The notes: generated from the sequence alone by a model not told the origin. A DNA stretch of 64,000 bases from Paraphysomonas bandaiensis (GCA_965644295.1 CBFFRP010000532.1:54224-118223); one strand, 5' to 3'. Counted from the stretch's first letter, positions 14,001 through 27,488 are shown. Translations and numbers: made by a program.

Positions 14001-17000
14001 CGCCCGACAAGTCAGCCTACGGGACAGCCAAGTGGCCAACCAACGGGCGAGCCTACTGGAGTACCAACTTGTCAACCAACGGGTTTACCAACAAGCTGGC
14101 CGACTAGCCAACCTACGGGTGAGCCAACTTCTATACCAACAGGACAACCTACAGGAGAGCCCACAAGTCAACCAACAGGTCAACCGACGGGGTTTCCAAC
14201 TGGACAGCCAACTGGTCTGCCATCAGGGTTTCCTACATCTCTACCATCTGGTGAGCCCACAACTGAGCCGACAGGTGAACCCACAGGTCGCCCGAGTGGA
14301 GAACCATCAGGAGAGCCAAGTGGCCAGCCTACATGTGTACCAAGCGGTGAGCCTAGTGGTCAGCCTAGTGGACTACCTAGCAGTAGACCCAGTAGTGTTC
14401 CTTCTGGTCAACCAACGGGTCTGCCTACTTGCGTACCTAGTGGTCAGCCTAGTGGTCAACCCAGTGGCCAGCCGACTGGATTGCCGAGTGGACAGCCCAC
14501 ATGTCGACCCACTGGAGAGCCTACATCTGAACCTACATCTCAACCAACTGGCCAACCGACGGGGTTTCCAACTGGACAGCCAACTGGTCAGCCATCAGGG
14601 TTTCCTTCATCTTTACCATCTGGTGAGCCCACAACTGAGCCGACAGGTGAACCCACAGGTCGCCCGAGTGGAGAGCCATCAGGAGAGCCAAGTGGCCAGC
14701 CTACATGTGTACCAAGCGGTGAGCCTAGTGGTCAGCCTAGTGGACTACCTAGCAGTAGACCTAGTGGTGAGCCAACGTGTGTGCCTTCAACTATACCAAC
14801 GGGGCAACCAACATCATATCCAAGTGGTGAACCTACTAGTCAGCCCTCCGGACAGCCTACTGGTGAACCATCGTCTCATCCAACTTATGAGTATCCACTT
14901 TCTCTTGAGCTTTTTGGAGGAGGAAGTAACTCGGTGCCTGTGGTATGGTCTCCTGATAGTCTCGGTTGGTCCAATTCATCCTATCCTCTGTACTTGACAG
15001 TGGACGTAATTCCCACGAATTACAATTCCAAGGCCACACAGTGGGCAACTATCAAGGTTAATGGAGATGTAGTTATGCAGTTTTGTACACCTGTTATGGA
15101 ATGTGAAACGACGTATTTCAATTGTTTTTATGATATGGATATCTCTGACTACATATCTGAGCCATTGGGAGGGAGTTTAACTATTGAGGTATCGAGCACC
15201 GGTGTAGGTAGTGGTCCATGTGACTACATGGGTTATCCATTGTACACTCACTTGCAGCTGCGAGGAGCATTGCCCACAAGTCAACCTACGAGTGAGCCAT
15301 CTGGTGAGCCTAGTGGACAGCCGACCGGGCATCCGACAGGCGCACCAACGGGTCAACCGACTGGTGAACCCACAAGTATACCTTCCTGTATGCCATCTGG
15401 GGAGCCGACATCGTGTCCGTCGGGGCAGCCATCGGGTCAGCCTACATCTGAGCCTAGCAGTGGTCCAAGTAGCTGTCCAACGGGTATACCATCCGCATTA
15501 CCATCTAGCAGTCCAAGTGGTAACCCAACAGCACAGCCAAGTAGTCCACCAAGTAGTCAGCCCAGTGGTGAACCCTCTTCACAGCCAACTAGTTATCCAA
15601 CCAGTGAGCCTAGTTCCGATCCGACAAGTTATCCTAGTGGACATCCAACAGGTCAACCGACAGTTCAACCAACAGGCCAACCTACAGGCCAACCTACAAG
15701 TGAGCCAACTAGCCAGCCAACAGGGCGCCCGACAAGTCAGCCTACGGGACAGCCAAGTGGCCAACCAACGGGCGAGCCTACTGGAGTACCAACTTATCAA
15801 CCAGTAGGAACGCCCACAAGCTGGCCGACTAGCCAACCTACGGGTGAGCCAACTTCTATACCAACAGGACAACCTACAGGAGAGCCCACAAGTCAACCAA
15901 CAGGTCAACCGACGGGGTTTCCAACTGGACAGCCAACTGGTCTGCCATCAGGGTTTCCTACATCTCTACCATCTGGTGAGCCCACAACTGAGCCGACAGG
16001 TGAACCCACAGGTCGCCCGAGTGGAGAACCATCAGGAGAGCCAAGTGGCCAGCCTACATGTGTACCAAGCGGTGAGCCTAGTGGTCAGCCTAGTGGACTA
16101 CCTAGCAGTAGACCTAGTGGTGAGCCAACGAGTGTGCCTTCAATTATACCAACGGGGCAACCAACATCCTATCCAAGTGGTGAACCGTCTCCACAGCCAA
16201 CTAGTTATCCAACCAGTGAGCCTAGTTCCGATCCGACAAGTTATCCCAGTGGATATCCAACGGGTCTACCAACAGGTCAACCAACAGGCCAACCTACAGG
16301 CCAACCTACAAGTGAGCCAACAAGCCAGCCAACGCGGCGTCCGACAAGTCAGCCTACGGGACAGCCAAGTGGCCAACCAACGGGCGAGCCTACTGGAGTA
16401 CCAACTTGTCAACCAACGGGTTTACCAACAAGCTGGCCGACTAGCCAACCGACGGGGTTTCCAACTGGACAGCCAACTGGTCTGCCATCAGGGTTTCCTA
16501 CATCTCTACCATCTGGTGAGCCCACCACTGAGCCGACAGGTGAACCCACAGGTCGCCCGAGTGGAGAACCATCAGGAGAGCCAAGTGGCCAGCCTACATG
16601 TGTACCAAGCGGTGAGCCTAGTGGTCAGCCTAGTGGACTACCTAGCAGTAGACCCAGTAGTGTTCCTTCTGGTCAACCAACGGGTCTGCCTACTTGCGTA
16701 CCTAGTGGTCAGCCTAGTGGTCAACCCAGTGGCCAGCCGACTGGATTGCCGAGTGGACAACCAACTTCTATACCTACGTTACAACCTACAGGTGAACCCA
16801 CAAGTCAACCAACTGGTCAACCGACGGGGTTACCAACTGGACAGCCGACTGGTCAGCCATCAGGGTTTCCTTCATCTCTTCCTTCTGGTGAGCCCACAAC
16901 TGAGCCGACAGGTGGACCCACAGGTCGCCCGAGTGGAGAACCATCAGGAGAGCCAAGTGGCCAGCCTACATGTGTACCAAGCGGTGAGCCTAGTGGTCAG

Positions 17001-20000
17001 CCTAGTGGACTACCTAGCAGTAGACCTAGTGGTGAGCCAACGAGTGTGCCTTCAACTATACCAACGGGGCAACCAACATCCTATCCAAGTGGTGAACCTA
17101 CAAGTCAGCCCTCCGGGCAGCCAACACTGGAGCCAACTGGTTTGCCGACTAGACAACCGACGAGTCATCCCTCCGGACAGCCTACTGGTGAACCATCGTC
17201 TCATCCAACTTATGAGTATCCACTTTCTCTTGAGCTTTTTGGAGGAGGAAGTAACTCGGTGCCTGTGGTATGGTCTCCTGATAGTCTCGGTTGGTCCAAT
17301 TCATCCTATCCTCTGTACTTGACAGTGGACGTAATTCCCACGAATTACAATTCCAAGGCCACACAGTGGGCAACTATCAAGGTTAATGGAGATGTAGTTA
17401 TGCAGTTTTGTACACCTGTTATGGAATGTGAAACGACGTATTTCAATTGTTTTTATGATATGGATATCTCTGACTACATATCTGAGCCATTGGGAGGGAG
17501 TTTAACTATTGAGGTATCGAGCACCGGTGTAGGTAGTGGTCCATGTGACTACATGGGTTATCCATTGTACACTCACTTGCAGCTGCGAGGAGCATTGCCC
17601 ACAAGTCAACCTACGAGTGAGCCATCTGGTGAGCCTAGTGGACAGCCGACTGGGCATCCGACAGGCGCACCAACGGGTCAACCGACTGGTGAACCCACAA
17701 GTATACCTTCCTGTATGCCATCTGGGGAGCCGACATCGTGTCCGTCGGGGCAGCCATCGGGTCAGCCTACATCTGAGCCTAGCAGTGGTCCAAGTAGCTG
17801 TCCAACGGGTATACCATCCGCATTACCATCTAGCAGTCCAAGTGGTAACCCAACAGCACAGCCAAGTAGTCAGCCAAGTAGTCAGCCCAGTGGTGAACCC
17901 TCTTCACAGCCAACTAGTTATCCAACCAGTGAGCCTAGTTCCGATCCGACAAGTTATCCTAGTGGACATCCAACAGGTCAACCGACAGGTCAACCAACAG
18001 GCCAACCTACAGGCCAACCTACAAGTGAGCCAACTAGCCAGCCAACAGGGCGTCCGACAAGTCAGCCTACGGGACAGCCAAGTGGCCAACCAACGGGCGA
18101 GCCTACTGGAGTACCAACTTGTCAACCAACGGGTTTACCAACAAGCTGGCCGACTAGCCAACCTACGGGTGAGCCAACTTCTATACCAACAGGACAACCT
18201 ACAGGAGAGCCCACAAGTCAACCAACAGGTCAACCGACGGGGTTTCCAACTGGACAGCCGACTGGTCTACCATCAGGGTTTCCTACATCTCTACCATCTG
18301 GTGAGCCCACCACTGAGCCGACAGGTGAACCCACAGGTCTTCCGAGTGGAGAACCATCAGGAGAGCCAAGTGGCCAGCCTACATGTGTACCAAGCGGTGA
18401 GCCTAGTGGTCAGCCTAGTGGACTACCTAGCAGTAGACCCAGTGGTGAGCCAACGAGTGTGCCTTCAACTATACCAACGGGGCAACCAACATCCTATCCA
18501 AGTGGTGAACCTACAAGTCAGCCCTCCGGACAGCCTACTGGTGAACCATCGTCTCATCCAACTTATGAGTATCCACTTTCTCTTGAGCTTTTCGGAGGAG
18601 GAAGTAACTCGGTGCCTGTGGTATGGTCTCCTGATAGTCTCGGTTGGTCCAATTCATCCTATCCTCTGTACTTGACAGTGGACGTAATTCCCACGAATTA
18701 CAATTCCAAGGCCACACAGTGGGCAACTATCAAGGTTAATGGAGATGTAGTTATGCAGTTTTGTACACCTGTTATGGAATGTGAAACGACGTATTTCAAT
18801 TGTTTTTATGATATGGATATCTCTGACTACATATCTGAGCCATTGGGAGGGAGTTTAACTATTGAGGTATCGAGCACCGGTGTAGGTAGTGGTCCATGTG
18901 ACTACATGGGTTATCCATTGTACACTCACTTGCAGCTGCGAGGAGCATTGCCCACAAGTCAACCTACGAGTGAGCCATCTGGTGAGCCTAGTGGACAGCC
19001 GACTGGGCATCCGACAGGCGCACCAACGGGTCAACCGACTGGTAAACCCACAAGTATACCTTCCTGTATGCCATCTGGGGAGCCGACATCGTGTCCGTCG
19101 GGGCAGCCATCGGGTCAGCCTACATCTGAGCCTAGCAGTGGTCCAAGTAGCTGTCCAACGGGTATACCATCCGCATTACCATCTAGCAGTCCAAGTGGTA
19201 ACCCAACAGCACAGCCAAGTAGTCCACCAAGTAGTCAGCCCAGTGGTGAACCCTCTTCACAGCCAACTAGTTATCCAACCAGTGAGCCTAGTTCCGATCC
19301 GACAAGTTATCCTAGTGGACATCCAACAGGTCAACCGACAGGTCAACCAACAGGCCAACCTACAGGCCAACCTACAAGTGAGCCAACTAGCCAGCCAACA
19401 GGGCGTCCGACAAGTCAGCCTACGGGACAGCCAAGTGGCCAACCAACGGGCGAGCCTACTGGAGTACCAACTTGTCAACCAACGGGTTTACCAACAAGCT
19501 GGCCGACTAGCCAACCTACGGGTGAGCCAACTTCTATACCAACAGGACAACCTACAGGAGAGCCCACAAGTCAACCAACAGGTCAACCGACGGGGTTTCC
19601 AACTGGACAGCCAACTGGTCTACCATCAGGGTTTCCTACATCTCTACCATCTGGTGAGCCCACAACTGAGCCGACAGGTGAACCCACAGGTCTTCCGAGT
19701 GGAGAACCATCAGGAGAGCCAAGTGGCCAGCCTACATGTGTACCAAGCGGTGAGCCTAGTGGTCAGCCTAGTGGACTACCTAGCAGTAGACCTAGTGGTG
19801 AGCCAACGAGTGTGCCTTCAACTATACCAACGGGGCAACCAACATCCTATCCAAGTGGTGAACCTACAAGTCAACCCTCCGGACAGCCTACTGGTGAACC
19901 ATCGTCTCATCCAACTTATGAGTATCCACTTTCTCTTGAGCTTTTCGGAGGAGGAAGTAACTCGGTGCCTGTGGTATGGTCTCTTGATAGTCTCGGTTGG

Positions 20001-23000
20001 TCCAACTCATCCTATCCTCTGTACTTGACAGTAGATGTTTTCCCTACCAGCTATGCCTTGAAAGCGAGATCGTGGGCAACTATCAAGGTTAATGGAGATG
20101 TAGTTATGCAGTATTGTACTCCGGCTCAAGAATGCGGTTCGACGTATTTCAATTGTTTTTATGATATGGATATCTCTGACTACATATCTGAGCCATTGGG
20201 AGGGAGTTTAACTATTGAGGTATCGAGCACCGGTGTAGGTAGTGGTCCATGTGACTACATGGGTTATCCATTGTACACTCACTTGCAGCTGCGAGGAGCA
20301 TTGCCCACAAGTCAACCTACGAGTGAGCCATCTGGTGAGCCTAGTGGACAGCCGACTGGGCATCCGACAGGCGCACCAACGGGTCAACCGACTGGTGAAC
20401 CCACAAGTATTCCATCTTGCATTCCTAGTGTTTTCCCAACTTCAATCCCTTCTTGTGGGCCTAGTTTTCAGCCTACTAGTATTCCGTCCTGTGTACCTAC
20501 CTTGCAGCCAACAGGAAATCCAACTTGTTCCCCAAGTGAACAGCCAACATCTCAACCGTCTGAAATTCCTACACTTGTTCCCAGCAGTGTACCTAGTAGT
20601 TTGCCATCCACACTACCCTCCAGCGGACCCTCATCCTGTCCCAGTTCTATACCAAGTTCACAGCCCTCTGGTCAGCCAACATGGCTACCATCATCGACTC
20701 CTTCTGTCGTTCCGTCTGTGCAACCCACATCAGAGCCAAGTGAATATCCGAGTAGCCAGCCAACCAGTCAACCATCTGGGTTGCCCACATGTGCACCCAC
20801 TGTGTTGCCAACTAACCTTCCATCTAGCCAACCGACAAGTCAGCCCAGTGGAGACCCAACAGGGCAACCGACTAGTGTACCGACGAATAAACCAAGCGGC
20901 CAACCGACTTATATCCCAAGTAGCGTACCGTCTGGTCTACCTTCAAGTGGACCGTCTGGTCAACCAACTTGTCACCCGACGTGTTCTCCAAGTGGTGAGC
21001 CTTCTGCTCTACCTACTTGCCGACCTAGTCAGCAGCCAACTGCTGAGCCCACTGGCCAGCCGACAGCTCTGCCGTCTGCGCAACCATCTGGAGTACCAAC
21101 AGTTGGACCCACATACGAGCCATCTGAACAACCATCAAGTGTCCCCTCTGGACTGCCAACCAACCAGCCGTCAGGGCTACCTACGATAGTGCCATCCTCT
21201 TCACCATCGACTATGCCTACCGAAGAGCCCACTGGGAAACCCACTCAGCAACCGACCGGTCAGCCAACTGGATGGCCAACTGAACAGCCCACAAGTCAGC
21301 CTACAACAGAACCTACATGCAAACCTACCAGTCAACCTACTTTACAGCCATCTAGCCAGCCTTCGAGCTTACCAACTACTGAGCCAAGTAGCATACCCAC
21401 TAACCAACCCACTTGTACACCAACTACTACACCCACAAGTATACCATCCGAGACGCCGACATGTCAGCCATCGAGTGTGCCTTCAACTATACCAACGGGG
21501 CAACCAACATCCTATCCAAGTGGTGAACCTACAAGTCATCCCTCCGGACAGCCTACTGGTGAACCATCGTCTTATCCAACTTATGAGTATCCACTTTCTC
21601 TTGAGCTTTTTGGAGGAGGAAGTAACTCGGTGCCTGTGGTATGGTCTCCTGATAGTCTCGGTTGGTCCAACTCATCCTATCCTCTGTACTTGACAGTGGA
21701 CGTAATTCCCACGAATTACAATTCCAAGGCCACACAGTGGGCAACTATCAAGGTTAATGGAGATGTAGTTATGCAGTTTTGTACACCTGTTATGGAATGT
21801 GAAACGACGTATTTCAATTGTTTTTATGATATGGATATCTCTGACTACATATCTGAGCCATTGGGAGGGAGTTTAACTATTGAGGTATCGAGCACCGGTG
21901 TAGGTAGTGGTCCATGTGACTACATGGGTTATCCATTGTACACTCACTTGCAGCTGCGAGGAGCATTGCCCACAAGTCAACCTACGAGTGAGCCATCTGG
22001 TGAGCCTAGTGGACAGCCGACCGGGCATCCGACAGGCGCACCAACGGGTCAACCGACTGGTGAACCCACAAGTATACCTTCCTGTATGCCATCTGGGGAG
22101 CCGACATCGTGTCCGTCGGGGCAGCCATCGGGTCAGCCTACATCTTTTCCTAGTGTTTTGCCTTCATCTATTCCTAGTACCCCTCCTTCTGCTCAGCCGA
22201 GTGGATATCCTACCTGTGTACCTAGTGCTTGTCCATCTAGATATCCTAGTGTTCAGCCATCAGGTGTACCTTCTTGTGGGCCAACTGGATGGCCTACTAG
22301 TCGACCTTCAGGCGTGCCTTCGGGAAACCCAACGAGCCTTCCAAGCGGGTTACCCAGCGCCTTACCGAGTGTACCTCCGACTGGCTTTCCAAGTTGTCTA
22401 CCCACAGGTGTGCCAACTGTCATGCCAACTGGTCAACCGACAGGTGTACCTAGCTGCGAGCCTACTGGACATCCCAGCAGTGGGCCTTCTGGTGTGCCAA
22501 CTGTCATACCAAGCTGTATTCCTACTTCTTTGCCAAGTGGTGAGCCCTCAGGTCAGCCGTCTGGCCAGCCCAGTAGTCATCCAACAAGCCATCCAAGTGG
22601 TCTGCCATCAGGTCAACCTAGTTGCTTCCCCAGTAGCCAGCCCACAGGACAGCCGTCAAGTCAACCTTCTAGCTATCCAACAGGACAGCCTTCTGGAATT
22701 CCGACAGGCGAACCTACCGGCGAACCTTCTGTTCAGCCATCAGGTCAACCAACCGTTGAACCTACCTCTCAGCCCACAGGACTACCGACCGGTACACCCA
22801 CTGGGCAACCGACTTACCAACCGACGGGGCAGCCAACTAGTCAGCCAACAGCTGTGCCATCAGGGGAGCCCACTGGCCAGCCCAGCGGCGTGCCGACAGG
22901 TGAGCCAAGCACCCAACCAACTGGAATGCCTAGTGGATCTCCGAGTAGTCAGCCATCTAGTCAGCCTACGAGGCAACCATCTGGGAAGCCCAGTACACAA

Positions 23001-26000
23001 CCCACCAGCATTCCGTCCAGTCAACCAACAAGTGAACCTTCTGGATTGCCAACTTCACATCCAACATACGAATTTCCCCATGGTATTCAATTTTCGGGGG
23101 GAGGAAGCGACTCATCTCCTGTGGTGTGGAGGGTAGATGGCTTGTCATATGTTGACAATGTGGACCCTTGGTTTCTCTCTGTCGATGTTTTCCCCACAAA
23201 TTACGCTATAACAGCTAATCAATATGTGACAATAAAGGTCAATGATGTGATTGTGGAGCCCCACTGCACACCGGGCGAAGCATGTGGCAATAGTTGGTAT
23301 CATTGTATTATTGAGTTGGATGTTGCAGAACATATTGAGCAACCACTCGGTGGATCACTAACGATTGAAGTCTCCAGTACTGGTGTCAACTCCGGGCCGT
23401 GTGATCACAATGGGTACCCTTTGTTTGTTAATATGTTTCTACGTGAGGCACTACCAACTGGCCAGCCAACTGGGGAGCCGTCTGGTGTACCTACTAACCA
23501 GCCTACTTGCGTCCCAACGAGTCTGCCATCTGGAGAGCCCTCGGGCCAACCTTCTTCTCAGCCTACAGGTGAACCAACTGGTCTGCCATCTATGCAACCT
23601 ACGAGCCTGCCAACTGGCCAACCCTCTGGCCAACCTACTGGAGCACCAACAGGGCAGCCCACAAGTCTACCATCGTCCCTACCAACAAGCAACCCCACTG
23701 GTGAACCAACATCTCAACCAACTGCATGCCCAACAGCTCGACCGAGTGGATTGCCTACAAATCAACCCTCTGGGTATCCCACTGAACAGCCGTCTGGTCA
23801 GCCAAGTGGAGGGCCTACTTTTCAACCAACTGGGCTACCAACTTGTCTACCGTCAGGGCAACCTTCTTGCCAACCAAGCCGACTTCCGTCAAGTCAGCCT
23901 TCAAAATATCCGACAATTGAGCCTTCCGGATCACCGACGGGACAGCCAACTATTGATCCCACTGCGATTCCTACAGGTCATCCATATAGTCAACCCACTT
24001 GTGAACCAACGGGAGAACCAACTGGAATCCCTTCATGTCAGCCAACTGGATATCCCACCGAAAAGCCTACTGGGGTACCTACTGGCCAACCATCTGGTCT
24101 ACCAACATGTACACCTTCTGGAAATCCTACTTGCCTTCCAACCGTCCTGCCAACTGGGCATCCCTCTGGCGAGCCTTCTTTACAACCAACATCCCTACCA
24201 TCTAGATTACCAAGTGGTCAACCGACGGCACAACCTACTGGCGAACCCACAGGTCAGCCAACTTGTCGACCTTCCGGAAAACCAACACGTCAACCCAGTA
24301 GCCAGCCGACTTCACTACCGTCGAGTGTACCAACAAGCCCAACGAGTATACCGTCTAGTCTTCCTACCACATTTTTTGAAATTATTAATGTCGTAACTAT
24401 TCAAGGTACTCAGGATATCTTCGGTGTTCCGGTTTTTATGTTTGACGATGCAGCACAGTCTGCACTTAAATCAATGATCGCCAATTCTATGTCCGGTAAT
24501 ATTATCGAAGATAATGACGTTGAGATTATATCTATAACTGCGGTGTCAACTTCATCGCAAATTCAGCGGAGCATTGACGTGATATCATTTGATTTGAAGG
24601 ATCCGCCCCGAGTGCCGAGAAATTTAAGGAGTGACGATGCTCATCGATACTTGGCGTTTATTAATACCGTAACCAGGGTACGTTATTCAGCAAAAGCAAC
24701 GATGCCGAGAGATCAATACCCAAGTGCATCAAGCTTTGCTGACGCGATGAAGCAAGGACTGAATACGACATTTACGCGGAAATCATCCGGAGCTGAATTC
24801 ATAGAACTTGCAATACAATATGGGAGTAGTTTTTTCAACGAGACTACGGAATCATCATTCATGGTTCCCGCATTTGACGATGGTTTTGAAGTTGATGAAG
24901 TCAAAACAGCAGTTCCAACATTTGCTCCAACCCCAGTAAATAATCCGTTGACGGTGCTGGAGTCGGCACATGTATTTGCTGAGGTATATTGGTATTACTA
25001 TACACCAGGAATTATTTTGCTTTTGCTACTGCTGTGTTGCGCGTGCAGAAGATGGAATGCGAATTATATCGTCAAAAATTCGGAATCACATAGTATGAAC
25101 TTTGGTTTTGATGATGTCGAACAACCGACAGGTACGAATACTGATGGGATTCGTGTAGGTTTTCCTGCGAATAAACCGTGTATTTGTGATTGGAATTTCG
25201 ATGAAAGTGACTCTGATGAACCTCGTGGTAGAGTATTAGTTCCGGCCCCTGTAATGCGACGGCTGGACACAGGTAGAGAAGGGTATGCTGCACGAGTTGC
25301 CCGCAGGAGGGAGTTATTAAAGTCACAGAGTACATTGCTCGGAGACGAGACTACTATTATTGATGACAGTCCTCGAGGAGCGAGCGAATCTAAGTCATTT
25401 GACGATGACGACTCTTCGCTGTCTCCTGACCGTGAAGTGCCAACTCTGTATCCCCTTCGAGACCTTGCTGGTGAGCTCTTCAACAAGGAAGCCAGCAACA
25501 ATGGCGTGCTCTTGGATACAACTGAACAATCTGATCACTCCACGAAGTTGTCAAATTCCACGAATGGCGAACCCCAGGGAAGTGAATCTGCGTCACGGCT
25601 GCGTACAAGACCGGGCTGGTTCAATTCGGCCCACACCCGTAGTCAAGCTTCAGATACTCCTGAGGGTTCGATTCGGACAATGAGTGGTAATATGAGTCAG
25701 CGTAGTCTCCGCTCTACATCAAAATCTCCTGCTGAAAAAATTTATGATTCACGGCTGAAGTCACCGTTCTATGTGAGCAGGCTACGTAGCCGGTCTAACA
25801 TATACAAAAAGGAATCGAGCTATTCGTCCGATGAGGATAGTGAAAAAGAGAAGTCTATTCGAAAGGTGCATAACCACCGTTCCCCTGAATTAAAAAAACC
25901 GGTTACCCACGGCGACAGTATATCATCATCAGTGCCGTCAGCAACCGTTCCTATTCGTCCTGTCGGTATGAAGACATCTAACATTTCTGAAGACAGGGCG

Positions 26001-27488
26001 TCCAAAAAATCTCCATGGCACTATGGCAAATCCGCTTCCTCTGCATCAGGGTCATCGAAGCCTACAATTTCTAGGGATATCTCTCCACTTTTTGAGGGTT
26101 TCAGTCGTACTTTTCATCGAAATGCCTCCGAAAGTAAAATAGGTCATTCTATTGGTATGTCAAGTAAACATGATACTAGAATATGGCAGAACTCGCCAAT
26201 TAAAAATGACAAGTCATCTGACGAAGATAGTGACGGTGATCGCAGAGTAAGGATTGTGGGTTCCACTTCAATCGGAAGTGCTGTGAAAGGGAAGTCTTCG
26301 CGAGAGTTCCCGTGGCAGAAGTCTAAAGGTGGTCTTACTACTCCTCTCAGCTCTCCCACAAATAGTGATCCATCCATTGCCACGCACCTGAGCAGTGAAA
26401 AGTCATCGGAGAGGCTAAAGCCCACACGAGAGGCACCGAAGCACCCTCTTCGTAATGATCAGAGTAGCACTTCACGAGAGGTACCAACGGTTGGTATTCC
26501 TCCGGTGTCGAAGCCACCTCTAATAAAACGCCGTAACACACCTGCTCATGAAAAGGCTGGTATATCGTCTTTGAGGAAACAGAAATTAGTATCGAAATCA
26601 CAGCACACAAGTGTGGCCACGCTTTCTCGTGATGACGTTACTTCTAAAACAAGTCAAAAACTCGCATTCCCCGGTGCGAATAGGATTCCCAGTGCCGACG
26701 ACGATATGTCGTCTGATGATGATAAGGAAAGGAACATTCGGCGTGTAGATAGAGAAACAACACCAAAGCAAAGTAGACCTTCACTTCTAAACTTTTTGGT
26801 TGGAAAAGGGCGTGATAAGAAAGAGGTTGAAGAAGAAGCGGTCATAGTTCCGGTGTCAGATAGTCTCGTACCCCCGAAGCTTGCGACACCTACGACAGCG
26901 AGCGTGACCAGATCAACACCAAAGAATTTAGCGAGTAGACCGTACGGTAGTATGTCATCTATGTCCACTGATGGAAGTCAGTTTCCCGGTTATGACAAAC
27001 AAATGAATACTACCCGGAGTCTATCCCAGAAACGTGGCAAGATCAACAAGGGCACTCTTCGAAAAGGGACTACTCTGGATAGCGTCATTTTATCGTCGGA
27101 TGAAGAAGATGTTGATGACAAGAAGCCGTCATATGTGCGAACTCCTCGTACTATTTCACATTCGGCTTCATCATCCCGTGCCCTTGCAGAAAATGCCCAA
27201 CCGAAATTGCCAAAGCCTCCTACCACGTCCTCGCGTGGTGTGCTCAATAAACGGTCAATCCCGGTCAGTACTTCTAATAGTAGTGTGACAGGAGCACAAC
27301 AAATGCGTCAATCTGGTAGTCAGAGTGGTTTATCATCATCTAGTCCGCGGGCGACGGTCAATCAAGCGAATCGTCAATCACCAGCACGCTCTCCAAGGCC
27401 AAACCCTTTTCGACGAGTCCCTGTACCCCCAGCAGAAAAAGAAACGGTTAAAAAAGATAAGAATTCAAAGCGCTATGATGCACTTTAA
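2050..27488 (+). CDS. Giant (~8,460 aa) type I membrane mucin-like protein: signal peptide, C-type lectin domain, PT/PS-GQ repeats, nine 129-aa 4-Cys domains, SEA-like domain, TM helix, long Ser/Arg/Lys-rich cytoplasmic tail
   Basis: Exon 1 2050-2503 (MLRPVFLIVFIAFQHAVA; CPPDY..CY..C..C..C..YIC lectin Cys pattern). Intron GTAAGA...CAG 2504-2553 shifts into the frame of the 7686..27488 ORF, which reads EETESPTGQPTGQ from 2556. TM VYWYYYTPGIILLLLLLCCAC at 24984-25046. Confidence 0.85.
2504..2553 (+). other. Spliceosomal intron joining the lectin exon to the mucin exon; alternative in-frame acceptors at 2556 (NAGNAG) and 2565
   Basis: AG|GTAAGA donor, CTAAT branch-like motif near 2537, CAGCAG acceptor; lengths 50/53/62 nt all restore the PTGQ frame. 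Confidence 0.8.
2570..7450 (+). repeat. Coding minisatellite: 12-bp (PTGQ) units with a ~498-bp higher-order repeat
   Basis: CCN ACN GGN CAR units; marker GAATTC (PSGIPSG) at 3571, 4069, 4861, 5359, 5857, 6295, 7420 (three 498-bp spacings). Confidence 0.9.
7450..22140 (+). repeat. Intragenic macro-repeat: 1.35-2.3-kb units, each with a 387-bp globular domain plus PT/PS linker built from 372-bp submodules
   Basis: Domain starts at 8967, 11064, 13161, 14886, 17211, 18564, 19917, 21582 (spacings 2097, 2097, 1725, 2325, 1353, 1353, 1665); a divergent ninth copy at 23067-23453. Confidence 0.92.

Noticed and set aside
8967-21968. Repeat-spacer appearance resembling a CRISPR array or cassette system
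   Set aside because: Units are in-frame coding domains in a eukaryotic gene, the spacers are themselves repeats, and there are no cas genes
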